A DNA stretch of 62,977 bases, counting the filler. It is 7 parts of 7 records of this genome, joined end to end, with 100 filler letters (N's around TTAATTAATTAA, not from the genome) between each part and the next. Parts side by side here need not be neighbours in the genome. Positions count along the whole stretch, not along the records: positions 25,622 to 32,816 come from SRR31156797_17972; positions 32,917 to 45,493 come from SRR31156797_17987; 5 more parts are not named here. One strand, given 5' to 3'. Shown piece after piece: positions 30,891 to 40,550 of the stretch. Below the pieces are notes generated by a model. The model saw only the letters and a list, made by a program, of their open reading frames with translations. It was not told where the DNA came from and searched no databases. Numbering within the stretch: the first letter of the stretch is position 1; each line of letters begins with the position of its first letter. The position numbers and the translations under genes were made by a program.

Positions 30891-30923
30891 AACTGAAACT
30901 GATAATATTGAAAGGACAGAAAA

Positions 30924-31607
30924 ATGGAAGAACAAGTAAAAGAAACATATGCAATGCCGTTGATAGGGGATGATGCCCCGGCGTTCACAGCTGCAACAAC
31001 GCAAGGAACGATCAATTTTCCTGAAGATTATAAAGGTAAATGGGTGGTGTTGTTTTCACACCCTGCAGACTTTACACCGGTCTGTACTACTGAATTTATG
31101 ACCTTTGCCAGCATGAAAGATGAATTCGCAAAATTGAATACTGAACTGATCGGTCTTTCCATCGACAGTTTGTATGCTCACATTGCATGGTTGCGTACCA
31201 TTAAAGAAAAAATTGAATATAAAGACATGAAAGATGTCGATGTCTCATTTCCTGTCATTGAAGATCTGAAAATGAGCGTTGCCAAAAAATACGGCATGGT
31301 CCAGCCTAATGCTTCAACCACACAAGCCGTTCGCGCGGTATTCGTGATCGACCCCGATGCAAAAGTGCAGGCAGTGATCTATTATCCGTTGTCAAACGGA
31401 CGTAACATGGATGAGATCAAACGCTTGATCCTGGCTTTGCAGAAGACACGCAAAGACTCTGTGGCCACTCCTGCTAACTGGCAGCCGGGTGACGACGTGA
31501 TCATTCCTCCTCCCGGATCATGTGGTGCGGCTAAAGAACGGGTAGAGACCGAAGAAGAAGGGAAATACTGTCTGGATTGGTTCATGTGCCTGAAGAAAGA
31601 TAAATAA
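30924..31607 (+). CDS. peroxiredoxin (Prx6/TDXH type)
   Basis: FSHPADFTPVCTTE, VRAVF, GRNMDEI, TPANW and C-terminal Cys residues. Confidence 0.95.
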   Translation: MEEQVKETYAMPLIGDDAPAFTAATTQGTINFPEDYKGKWVVLFSHPADFTPVCTTEFMTFASMKDEFAKLNTELIGLSIDSLYAHIAWLRTIKEKIEYKDMKDVDVSFPVIEDLKMSVAKKYGMVQPNASTTQAVRAVFVIDPDAKVQAVIYYPLSNGRNMDEIKRLILALQKTRKDSVATPANWQPGDDVIIPPPGSCGAAKERVETEEEGKYCLDWFMCLKKDK

Positions 31608-31639
31608 CAACAAGCTAAAAGACATTTCGTTTTGCTTAC

Positions 31640-31670
31640 AAGCAGGGCCGTTGAAAAACGGTCCTGCTTT
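31640..31670 (+). terminator. intrinsic terminator
   Basis: AAGCAGGGCCG/CGGTCCTGCTT followed by a T-tract. Confidence 0.75.
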
Positions 31671-31799
31671 ATATTTTCCAAAAAACATTTTCATATTTAT
31701 AATTCTTATAATATTTTATGCCTTAATTTGTCTGACAAATTTAGATATATAATATTATTGAGATCGTTATAATGAAATCGACTACTTCTGGAGACTGAA

Positions 31800-32816
31800 A
31801 TGAGTAAGAATGGAATGGGACAAAACGAAAAACTATTTTTAAATAAGATCGCGGGTTATTCAACATTAGCAGGAGCTGCTTTGCTTTTGTCTCCAAGTGT
31901 TGCGCAGGGAGATATTGTTCATGTCGATCCGGCTGATATTACAATAAGTGATAACGGTAGTTATGAATTGGATATGGATAATAATGGTGCTTATGAATTT
32001 ATATTTTCACATAGGAGCTCCGGTGGTGGTACCTACAATGTAAACACTTCTTTATGGGCATATCCTGATAATGCCTCCAATGTAAAGTATTCAATATTTA
32101 TTGATAAATTATCATCTAGTATCAGTTTGAACTCAAGTTTGAATTGGAATAATAGCACTGGCGAACTCGCCCGTTTACAGTTTATCAATAATTCCGTGGG
32201 CACCTCGTCAAGCGGTCCATGGGCCGGAGGTGCTGATGAACAATTTATTGGTGTTAAGTTTAACATAAGCGGATCAAGACACTATGGATGGATAAGGGTA
32301 TCCGTTCATATGGAACCCTATAATTCTTTTATAACCATACATGACTGGGCCTATGAAGATGATGCAGGAGTTACATTGAAAACAGGTCAAACTACTAATG
32401 ATTCCCCCACACCCATTGAATTGTCATCATTTTCAGCCAAAGAGGTAAGTGGGGCTGTTCGTTTGAACTGGCAAACTGCATCCGAGACCGAGAACAATGG
32501 TTTTATTATTCAAAGAAAAGAAGCCGGTGGCTCGTGGGAAAAAGTAACAGATTATCTTAGCGATCCTGATTTGACCGGACAAGGCACTATAACTGAAAGT
32601 ACCTCCTATTCTTGGAATGACAATAATGTTCAATCAGGTTGTAGTTATCAATACCGTCTCGGTGATGTCGATCTTGCCAATACCATTGTCTGGCACGATG
32701 CTGTTGAGATCGCGGTTTCAGGTGGATCTGAAAATATGCCGGGAGAATTCGGGCTACGATCAGCATTTCCCAATCCTTTCAATCCGACCCTTACCATAAA
32801 ATATGATCTTAGTGAA
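31800..32816 (+). CDS. secreted protein with C-terminal Secretion/FlgD-Ig-like (T9SS type A-like) domain, 3' truncated
   Basis: Signal peptide ending VAQG/DIV, HYGWIRV..DWAYE domain, PIELSSF..LNWQTASETENNGF module and AFPNPFNP CTD start. Confidence 0.78.
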
Positions 32817-32916
32817 NNNNNNNNNNNNNNNNNNNNNNNNNNNNNNNNNNNNNNNNNNNNTTAATTAATTAANNNNNNNNNNNNNNNNNNNNNNNNNNNN
32901 NNNNNNNNNNNNNNNN
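32817..32916. other. artificial contig spacer
   Basis: N-run containing TTAATTAATTAA. Confidence 0.99.
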
Positions 32917-32940
32917 GGAGTTCGAGTCTCTCCTCCCGTG
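32917..32940 (+). tRNA. tRNA-Trp (probable), 3' fragment
   Basis: GGAG-TTCGAGT-CTCTC T-arm, acceptor CTCCCGT and G discriminator, followed by a terminator. The anticodon is not visible. Confidence 0.65.
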
Positions 32941-32998
32941 CAAAGAAACCTTTCTATTTATTTAGGAAGGTTTTTTTATATCCAATATTTTCCCCTTT

Positions 32999-33138
32999 AA
33001 TGCAAAAAAAATGCACCACAAAAAGTGTAATGTATTTACTAATTTCATCGCCCCTTCGACTTCGCTCAGGGAGCTAATCTCAATAATTTTTCTCTGTAAG
33101 CTCATCAGTTTATATCCGGTAGCTGAGTAGAGTCGCAA
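32999..33138 (+). repeat. left imperfect direct repeat / REP-like element flanking GIY-YIG gene
   Basis: Degenerate copy of 33466-33587. Contains CTTCGACTTCGCTCAG (33054-33069) and ATCAGTTTATATCCGGTAGCTGAGTAGAGTCG (33104-33135). Confidence 0.82.
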
Positions 33139-33197
33139 ACTTCAGGAATAAAAGTTCAAATTAAACGATTATCTTTATTAACAACTAGATAACCTTC

Positions 33198-33500
33198 ATG
33201 ACTTGCTATACTTACATATTAAAATGTGCTAATGGAGCTTATTATACTGGAAGCACAAAAAACTTGGAAAAAAGATTAGAAGAACACCATTTAGGAGTTG
33301 GTGCTAAATTCACGAATAAACATTTGCCAGTAAAATTAGTATACTTCGAAGAGTTTGATCGAATAGATGACGCATTCTTTAGGGAACAACAAATCAAAGG
33401 ATGGAGTAGGAAAAAGAAAGAAGCGTTAATAAATAATCGAACAGATGATTTAAAAAGATTAGCTGAATGCAAAAATAAAACGCACTACAAAAAAATGTAA
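33198..33500 (+). CDS. stand-alone GIY-YIG nuclease (UPF0213-like)
   Basis: YTYIL...YYTGST..L.KRL.EH, GAKFT, PVKLVY.E and RE.QIKGWSR.KK. Confidence 0.93.
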   Translation: MTCYTYILKCANGAYYTGSTKNLEKRLEEHHLGVGAKFTNKHLPVKLVYFEEFDRIDDAFFREQQIKGWSRKKKEALINNRTDDLKRLAECKNKTHYKKM

Positions 33501-33587
33501 TGCGTTTATTATTTCATCGATCTCTAGGATCTTTTCAATTTTATTACACCTGATCAGGTTATATCCGGTAGCTGAGCGGAGTCGAAG
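33466..33587 (+). repeat. right imperfect direct repeat / REP-like element
   Basis: Includes the 3' end of the gene and ATCAGGTTATATCCGGTAGCTGAGCGGAGTCGAAG; ends flush with the stop codon of the convergent ABC gene. Confidence 0.82.
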
Positions 33588-35411
33588 CTACAATAGCTGC
33601 ATATCATACAGTTTCTTATAAGCTCCATTTTTCTCAATTAATTCATCATGCTTACCTCTCTCAACAATTTCACCTTCGTGGAATACGCAAATTAAATCTG
33701 CATTCTTAACTGTTGACAAACGGTGAGCAATCACAAGTGATGTTCTGTTCTGCATCAGTTTGTCCAAAGCATCCTGCACCAACCTTTCCGATTCAGTATC
33801 TAAGGCAGATGTAGCCTCATCCAGAATCATAATAGGAGGATTTTTAAGCACTGCTCTTGCGATACTCAAGCGTTGACGTTGTCCACCTGAAAGCTTTCCT
33901 CCTCGATCTCCAATATTGGTATCATATCCATCATCAGTAGCTGAAATAAAATCGTGAGCATTGGCAATTTTAGCCGCTTCAATAACATCCTCCATTTTGG
34001 CATTTTCAACACCAAAAGCGATATTATTAAAAATGGTATCATTAAAAAGAATCGATTCCTGATTTACATTTCCCATCAGGTTTCTCAAATCCTTCATTTT
34101 GTAATCGCGAATGTCAATTCCATCTACATTGATACTTCCTTCGTTTACATCATAAAATCGAGGTAACAAATCCACAAAAGTGGTTTTACCAGAACCAGAT
34201 TGACCTACCAATGCAACCGTTTTTCCTTTCGGAATTTCCAACTCTACATTTTTCAATACTTGCCTTTCTCCATTGTAAGAGAAACTTACATTCTTATATT
34301 CGATTGCATTCTCAAATTTTTCAACTTGCTTAGCATCATTTTTATCTACAATAGTTGATTCAGCATTTAGTACCTGATCAATTCGATCCATTGCTGCCAA
34401 TCCTTTTTGGATGCTATAATATGCTTTAGAAAACGCCTTTGCCGGATTAATGATAGAATAGAATACAACCAAATAGGTGATAAAATCGGCACCATTCATG
34501 TTTCCTTCACCATTAATGATCAAACGACCACCATACCAAAGAACAATTACGATAACCACTGTTCCTAAAAACTCACTAACCGGATGAGCCAAAACCCTTC
34601 TTCTCATTAATGAATTCATTGTTCTGCGATAATCGTTATTTTCATCAACAAATTTTTCAGTAACCTTTTTCTCTGCAGTAAATGCTTTAATAATTCTCAA
34701 TCCCGAAAGCGTTTCTTCAATGGTTGAAAGAAGATCTGCCATCAAATTCTGTCCTTTTCGGGATCTTCCTTTCAAAGTTCGTCCTATTCGTCCAATAATA
34801 GTTCCTGCAATAGGCAAAAGTACGAACACAAACAAAGTCATTTGCGGACTCATTTTAATCATTACAACCAAAGAAACGATTATTATAATTGGATTTTTAA
34901 TGAACATATCCAATGAATTCATGATCGAATTCTCGACTTCCTGAACATCACCTGTTGATCTGGCAATAATATCCCCCTTCTTCTCATCTGTAAAAAATGG
35001 AATAGGCAGACTTACTATTTTATCATAGATTTTAACTCTTAAATCACGAACAACAGCATTTCGGATATTTACAACATGATAAGATCCAAAATAGGTAAAA
35101 CCAACCTTAAGCAGAACTGCTATTATTAAAACAATACCAACAAAAATAAGTGCTGAATCAGCACCGTATTCATTCTTCATTTGGGTAGTATAATAATAGA
35201 AATTGTGGTTTAAAGCACTTGTACTAAATTCCCACGGAACCATAGTATTTATTGGCTCTGCCTCATCAAAAAGGATTTCTAAAATTGGTTTTAACATTAC
35301 AAATGAAAACACACCAAAAATAGCGCCCAATAAATTGTAAATAAAACTCAGAAATAAATCCCCTTTATAGGGAGGCAAAAAGCGCTTAAGGATACCGAAA
35401 AAATCTTTCAT
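33588..35411 (-). CDS. ABC transporter, fused TMD-NBD (MsbA-like)
   Basis: TMD followed by GQSGSGKT, LSGGQRQR, ILDEATSALD and IAHRLST. Confidence 0.93.
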   Translation of the reverse strand: MKDFFGILKRFLPPYKGDLFLSFIYNLLGAIFGVFSFVMLKPILEILFDEAEPINTMVPWEFSTSALNHNFYYYTTQMKNEYGADSALIFVGIVLIIAVLLKVGFTYFGSYHVVNIRNAVVRDLRVKIYDKIVSLPIPFFTDEKKGDIIARSTGDVQEVENSIMNSLDMFIKNPIIIIVSLVVMIKMSPQMTLFVFVLLPIAGTIIGRIGRTLKGRSRKGQNLMADLLSTIEETLSGLRIIKAFTAEKKVTEKFVDENNDYRRTMNSLMRRRVLAHPVSEFLGTVVIVIVLWYGGRLIINGEGNMNGADFITYLVVFYSIINPAKAFSKAYYSIQKGLAAMDRIDQVLNAESTIVDKNDAKQVEKFENAIEYKNVSFSYNGERQVLKNVELEIPKGKTVALVGQSGSGKTTFVDLLPRFYDVNEGSINVDGIDIRDYKMKDLRNLMGNVNQESILFNDTIFNNIAFGVENAKMEDVIEAAKIANAHDFISATDDGYDTNIGDRGGKLSGGQRQRLSIARAVLKNPPIMILDEATSALDTESERLVQDALDKLMQNRTSLVIAHRLSTVKNADLICVFHEGEIVERGKHDELIEKNGAYKKLYDMQLL

Positions 35412-35531
35412 TAATGATTAAATATGTGAAACAAAATCATTGAGAAAACCTCAATTCTCCCAATAAAAATAGGCTGTAAAAGTACAACTCTTACAGCCTA
35501 AAAACAAGGTATTAACAATTATTAATGTTTT

Positions 35532-36869
35532 CTATATTCCTGTATAATTATCAGGACTAATTGTCTTTAATTGAGCTTTTAAATCATCGCTAATTTCAAG
35601 TGTATCGATAAATTCAGCAATACTATCCTGAGTAACGTGAGTGTTTGTTCTTGTTAAAGCTTTTAGTGCTTCATAAGGATTCGGATATCCTTCGCGACGA
35701 AGAATTGTTTGAACCGCTTCAGCAACTACTGCCCAGTTCGCTTCCAAATCAGCCTGGAAAGCTTCTTTTGAAATAATCAGTTTATCTAAACCTTTAAGTA
35801 AAGATTTAAATGCGATAATTGTATGAGCAAATGGTACCCCAATATTTCTCAATACAGTAGAATCAGTAAGGTCACGCTGCAAACGAGAAACTGGTAATTT
35901 TGTAGCCAAATGTTCGAATGTTGCATTTGCCAAACCTAAGTTTCCTTCCGAATTTTCAAAATCGATAGGGTTTACCTTATGAGGCATTGCAGAGGATCCA
36001 ACTTCACCTTTTTTGATTTTCTGCTTGAAGTAATTCATAGAAATATATGTCCAGAAATCACGGTTCAAGTCAACCAAAATAGTATTGATACGCTTCAAGT
36101 TATCAAAGATCGCACCCATATTATCGTAGTTAGAGATCTGAGTAGTTAACTCTTCTCTTTCTAATTTTAGAATATCATTTACAAAATGATTTCCGAATTC
36201 TGCCCAATCAACTTCAGGATATGCGACATGGTGAGCATTAAAATTACCTGTTGCTCCACCGAATTTAGCCGAACAAGGAACGCTTTTCAGTAAATCCAAT
36301 TGTTTCTTTAAACGGTATACATATACCTGAATTTCTTTACCCAAACGAGTTGGAGAAGCTGGTTGTCCGTGAGTACGAGCCAACATTGCAATCTCTTTCC
36401 AATCATCAGAAAGACTTTCCAGTTTTCCAATTAATTGGTCCAATAATGGATAATACACATCGTGCACTGCATCGCGCAACGAATAAGGAGTTGCTGTGTT
36501 ATTAATATCCTGAGAAGTTAATCCGAAATGGATAAACTCTTTGTATTGCTGAAGATTTAAAGCATCGAATTTCTCTTTAATGAAATATTCAACTGCTTTT
36601 ACATCATGATTTGTTACACTTTCAATGTCTTTAACTTTTTGAGCATCTTCTACCGTAAAATCAAGATAAATGCTACGCAAATCAGTAAATAGATCATTGT
36701 TAAAATCTTTCAACTGAGGAAGAGGAACTTCGCAAAGTGCAATAAAATATTCTACTTCAACCAACACTCTGTAACGCACCAAGGCATACTCCGAAAAATA
36801 CTCACCTAGCGAATCAACTTTGTTACGGTAACGCCCGTCAACCGGCGAAATTGCTGTCAAACTTTGCAT
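35532..36869 (-). CDS. purB: adenylosuccinate lyase
   Basis: LTAISPVDGRY, TNHDVKAVEY, RTHGQPASPT and GSSAMPHKVNPIDFENSEGN. Confidence 0.97.
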   Translation of the reverse strand: MQSLTAISPVDGRYRNKVDSLGEYFSEYALVRYRVLVEVEYFIALCEVPLPQLKDFNNDLFTDLRSIYLDFTVEDAQKVKDIESVTNHDVKAVEYFIKEKFDALNLQQYKEFIHFGLTSQDINNTATPYSLRDAVHDVYYPLLDQLIGKLESLSDDWKEIAMLARTHGQPASPTRLGKEIQVYVYRLKKQLDLLKSVPCSAKFGGATGNFNAHHVAYPEVDWAEFGNHFVNDILKLEREELTTQISNYDNMGAIFDNLKRINTILVDLNRDFWTYISMNYFKQKIKKGEVGSSAMPHKVNPIDFENSEGNLGLANATFEHLATKLPVSRLQRDLTDSTVLRNIGVPFAHTIIAFKSLLKGLDKLIISKEAFQADLEANWAVVAEAVQTILRREGYPNPYEALKALTRTNTHVTQDSIAEFIDTLEISDDLKAQLKTISPDNYTGI

Positions 36870-36909
36870 TTCAAAAAAATTAAATGTCAATAATGGTTAT
36901 TTAGAGCCA

Positions 36910-36917
36910 CAAAGGTA
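36910..36917 (-). promoter_or_regulatory. Bacteroidetes -7 promoter element (TAnnTTTG) for purB
   Basis: TACCTTTG on the minus strand. Equivalent elements lie at 37042-37049 (+, TATTTTTG) and 43356-43363 (-, TATCTTTG). Confidence 0.65.
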
Positions 36918-37079
36918 GTTATTTGAGATGACTCACAAAAGCATTCATTAATTAGATTTAAGAAGTTAAAACTCCAGTTTACAAATCATAAATAAGCAAA
37001 CGGGGAAGTCATTTTAGCTTGTAGCTTGTAACATTAAATACTATTTTTGTTTACATACACACAAACAAAGTTATTTAGT

Positions 37080-37865
37080 ATGAAACTCATCAAAGATTTT
37101 GGATTTGGCTTACGCACCTATTCAGAAGCCATGCATTACATATTTCGAAAAAAATTAGCCTGGTTTTTTATATTCCCTTTACTACTCAACATCTTACTTT
37201 TTTGGTTTGGATGGGAGTATATTGGTAATTTATCGGAGCAATCCAGAGTATTTCTTGAAAATTGGATAGATCTTGAAAATGCAGACTTTTGGGGTTCAGA
37301 CTTCCTACGAGCAACCATTGGCGGCTTTATTTGGATTGTCTTTAAAATCTTATTCTTCTTGATATTCGCCTATTTTGGTGGGTATATCATTATTATTCTC
37401 ATGTCTCCTGTCTTTTCCTATTTATCGGAACGGACCGAAAAAATTAAGACAGGAAACGATTACCCATTCCAATTTAAACAGTTTGTGCGTGATATCATTC
37501 GAGGAATATTCATTGCTGTAAGAAATTTATGCATTGAACTATTGCTTACGGCTTTAATGTTCATTCTAAGTTTTATTCCAATTATTGGTTGGGCTGCTGC
37601 TATCTTTTTGTTTTTTATCTCGGCATATTTTTACGGATTTTCATTTATGGATTACGCCATAGAACGTAAAAAATTGAACATCACACAAAGCGTTCAATTC
37701 ATGAGAGAAAATAAAGGAATTGTTATTGCCAATGGCTTTGTATTCTCCTTGTGTTTAATTGTTCCATTCTGCGGAGTTTCCTTTTCAAGCTTTGCAGCAA
37801 TAATTTCTGTCGTTGCAGGTACATTAGCTGTAGACGAAATTTGGAAAAAGGAAAACAGAGAGTAA
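37080..37865 (+). CDS. EI24/CysZ-like membrane protein
   Basis: SPVFSYLSERTE and YGFSFMDY..ER with multiple TM helices. Confidence 0.85.
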   Translation: MKLIKDFGFGLRTYSEAMHYIFRKKLAWFFIFPLLLNILLFWFGWEYIGNLSEQSRVFLENWIDLENADFWGSDFLRATIGGFIWIVFKILFFLIFAYFGGYIIIILMSPVFSYLSERTEKIKTGNDYPFQFKQFVRDIIRGIFIAVRNLCIELLLTALMFILSFIPIIGWAAAIFLFFISAYFYGFSFMDYAIERKKLNITQSVQFMRENKGIVIANGFVFSLCLIVPFCGVSFSSFAAIISVVAGTLAVDEIWKKENRE

Positions 37866-37919
37866 ACACATCATCTTTAATTTTGTTATCTTAGGTATAG
37901 ATCAAAAATCAATAAAAAT

Positions 37920-39347
37920 ATGAAACTGTACAAACTACTTCTTCCTCTTCTGGCAATTCTTTTAAGTATGAATCTTCATGCTCAGGATACCATTATTGAT
38001 AGTACGAAAAATTCGAATAATAAAGTTGTATATAAATTCGATATTAAACGTGAAATAGGACCTGCTGCATGGCGTCAAACCAAGGATGCTTTTGAAGAAG
38101 CAAATGAATTAAATGCAGATTTAATTCTAATTCATATGAATACATACGGTGGAATGGTCATTCATGCAGATTCCATAAGAACTGCCATTTTGAATAGTGA
38201 AATTCCGGTTTATGTTTTTATCGATAACAATGCAGCATCGGCTGGTGCTTTAATTTCAATTGCTTGTGATAGTATTTACATGAGAACCGGTGCAAATATT
38301 GGAGCTGCTACTGTAGTCAATCAAACCGGAGAAGCAATGCCCGACAAATACCAATCGTACATGCGTTCTACCATGCGTGCCACTGCAGAATCTCACGGAA
38401 AAGATACCATTATCCAAAGAGGTGATACAATATACAAATGGCGTCGAGATCCACTAATTGCAGAAGCTATGGTAGATCCGAGAACTTATATTGAAAATGT
38501 AATTGATACTGGAAAAGTACTAACATTCACCCCTGACGAAGCCATTAAAAATGGATATTGCGAAGGCATTGCAAATAACGTAAAAGAGGTATTGGAAACC
38601 GCAGGAGTAAAAGAGTATACTCTCAAAAGCTATAAACCGTCAGGAATTGAAAAAGTAGTTGATTTCATGATTAATCCGGTTTTACAAGGGATACTTATCA
38701 TGATTATCATTGGAGGAATCTATTTTGAATTGCAGACTCCAGGTATAGGTTTCCCTATTCTCGCATCGGCTGTTGCTGCTGTTTTGTACTTCTCTCCTCT
38801 TTATCTGGAAGGAATGGCTGAAAACTGGGAAATTATTCTTTTTGGAGTCGGAATTGCACTTCTTGCGGTGGAAATATTCGCAATACCCGGCTTTGGTGTT
38901 GCAGGAGTCTCAGGTGTCATTTGCATTATCACCGGACTGACTCTTAGTATGGTCGACAATGTTGCATTTGAGTTTGAACCTCGTCATATTAAAGCCATCA
39001 TTTCTGCTTTGCTCCTGGTTATATTCTCAATGCTGGCATCCGTTCTTGGCTCTATTTATCTAACACAAAAATTTGTTTCTTCCAATTCATTCCTTGGACA
39101 AATAGCTTTAAGCGCAGTTGAAAATGCCGAAGAAGGATATGTAGGGGTTGATATGGCAGCGAAAGAAATGATTGGTAAAAAAGGTGTTGCAATGAGTGTT
39201 TTGCGTCCATCGGGTAAGGTAATTATCGACAATCAGATTTACGATGCAAAATCAGAAGATGGGTTTATTGATAAAGACACAATTGTAGAAGTTATTAGAT
39301 TTGAAACAGGACAAGTATATGTAATAACAGAAGAACAAGATGAATAA
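37920..39347 (+). CDS. nfeD: NfeD family membrane-bound serine protease (ClpP class)
   Basis: MNTYGG, AASAGALI, IGAA, a TM region and a C-terminal LRPSGKV OB fold. Confidence 0.92.
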   Translation: MKLYKLLLPLLAILLSMNLHAQDTIIDSTKNSNNKVVYKFDIKREIGPAAWRQTKDAFEEANELNADLILIHMNTYGGMVIHADSIRTAILNSEIPVYVFIDNNAASAGALISIACDSIYMRTGANIGAATVVNQTGEAMPDKYQSYMRSTMRATAESHGKDTIIQRGDTIYKWRRDPLIAEAMVDPRTYIENVIDTGKVLTFTPDEAIKNGYCEGIANNVKEVLETAGVKEYTLKSYKPSGIEKVVDFMINPVLQGILIMIIIGGIYFELQTPGIGFPILASAVAAVLYFSPLYLEGMAENWEIILFGVGIALLAVEIFAIPGFGVAGVSGVICIITGLTLSMVDNVAFEFEPRHIKAIISALLLVIFSMLASVLGSIYLTQKFVSSNSFLGQIALSAVENAEEGYVGVDMAAKEMIGKKGVAMSVLRPSGKVIIDNQIYDAKSEDGFIDKDTIVEVIRFETGQVYVITEEQDE

Positions 39348-39765
39348 AATCAATCTTAGATCCTATGAAATAGATGATTTCGCTTCTGTGATAGACCTTT
39401 GGAAATTGATTGGCTTAACAGACGAAGAAAGAAATGATTCAGCCATTACCATTGAAAGAAGTTTAAAATATGGAGGAAAATTCTGGATACTTGAAGATTT
39501 AAACTCTGAAGAACTTATTGGCACTTGTTGGCTTACCAATGATTCCAGAAGACTTTATTTGCACCATTTGGGCATACATCCCCACTATCAGCAAAAAGGA
39601 TATGGAAGATTTCTTTCGGAGAAGGCTTTAGAATATGCCCAAAAAGTAAACATGCAAATAAAACTGGAAGTTCATGCCAACAACAAATTTGCAATTAAAT
39701 TATATAAAAATTTAGGCTTTCATTATCTTGAAAAATATGGAGTTATGATTAAGCGAAAGCACTAA
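39340..39765 (+). CDS. GNAT family N-acetyltransferase
   Basis: IHPHYQQKGYG motif A and N..AIKLY..LGF. Confidence 0.9.
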   Translation: MNKINLRSYEIDDFASVIDLWKLIGLTDEERNDSAITIERSLKYGGKFWILEDLNSEELIGTCWLTNDSRRLYLHHLGIHPHYQQKGYGRFLSEKALEYAQKVNMQIKLEVHANNKFAIKLYKNLGFHYLEKYGVMIKRKH

Positions 39766-39781
39766 AAAGAAGAAAAAAAGT

Positions 39782-40492
39782 ATGATGGACTTTTTAAATC
39801 AATTGATAACAGAAACGGAAATTACTAGCAAAACCATTCTATTCAGACTGTTCCTGAGTTTTGTGGTTGGTGCTATAATTGGAATAGAAAGAGAAACACA
39901 CAAACAACCTGCTGGTTTAAGAACTCATATTCTCATCTGTATGGGTTCGACTTTAATCATGCTACTTTCGATCTTTATTCCGCAAACTTTTCAGAACTTT
40001 CAAAATGGTGATCCTTCCCGAATAGCTGCTCAAGTAGTTTCAGGAATTGGTTTTTTAGGTGCTGGTGCCATCATGAAATTTGGAGTTAGCGTTAAAGGTT
40101 TAACTACCGCAGCCTCCATATGGGTGATCGCAGCCTTGGGATTAACCATTGGAGCAGGAATGTATACCGGTGTTATTTGGGGAACAGCAATTCTACTTGT
40201 AGCTCTTGTTTTTCTTGATATTATAGAGAAAAAATTATTCCCAAGTAAGTTCATAAAACGATTAAATATTTATACTAAAGGTAGTTCGGTATCTCAAGAT
40301 GATTTCATGCCTATCCTTAAAAAGCATAAAATATCCTTACGAACCATCGATTTAGAAAATTCTTTCGAGGAGGATAAACTCAACTACTATCTTACCATAC
40401 AAATTTCAGAAACTGTCAATTTGCAAGAGTTAACCACTGATTTAAATAGTATATCAGAAATTAAAAGAGTAAAATTGCAGCAAATTTTATAA
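39782..40492 (+). CDS. MgtC/SapB family protein
   Basis: IGIERE, AGLRTH, RIAAQVVSGIGFLGAG and GLTTAASIW. Confidence 0.93.
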   Translation: MMDFLNQLITETEITSKTILFRLFLSFVVGAIIGIERETHKQPAGLRTHILICMGSTLIMLLSIFIPQTFQNFQNGDPSRIAAQVVSGIGFLGAGAIMKFGVSVKGLTTAASIWVIAALGLTIGAGMYTGVIWGTAILLVALVFLDIIEKKLFPSKFIKRLNIYTKGSSVSQDDFMPILKKHKISLRTIDLENSFEEDKLNYYLTIQISETVNLQELTTDLNSISEIKRVKLQQIL

Positions 40493-40550
40493 GACCTTAG
40501 GATCATTAAGCAAACGCATTTCTATTAAGGTCCTTAAAACACCATACCAC

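Noticed and set aside
30587-31015. Ser/Leu-rich minus-strand ORFs (142 and 130 aa)
   Set aside because: They are a by-product of the pyrimidine-rich strand of the GA tract, which lacks stop codons.
32999-33587. CRISPR array or integron attC interpretation of the repeats
   Set aside because: There are only two or three degenerate units with no regular spacers, no cas or intI gene, and no RYYYAAC/GTTRRRY core pair.
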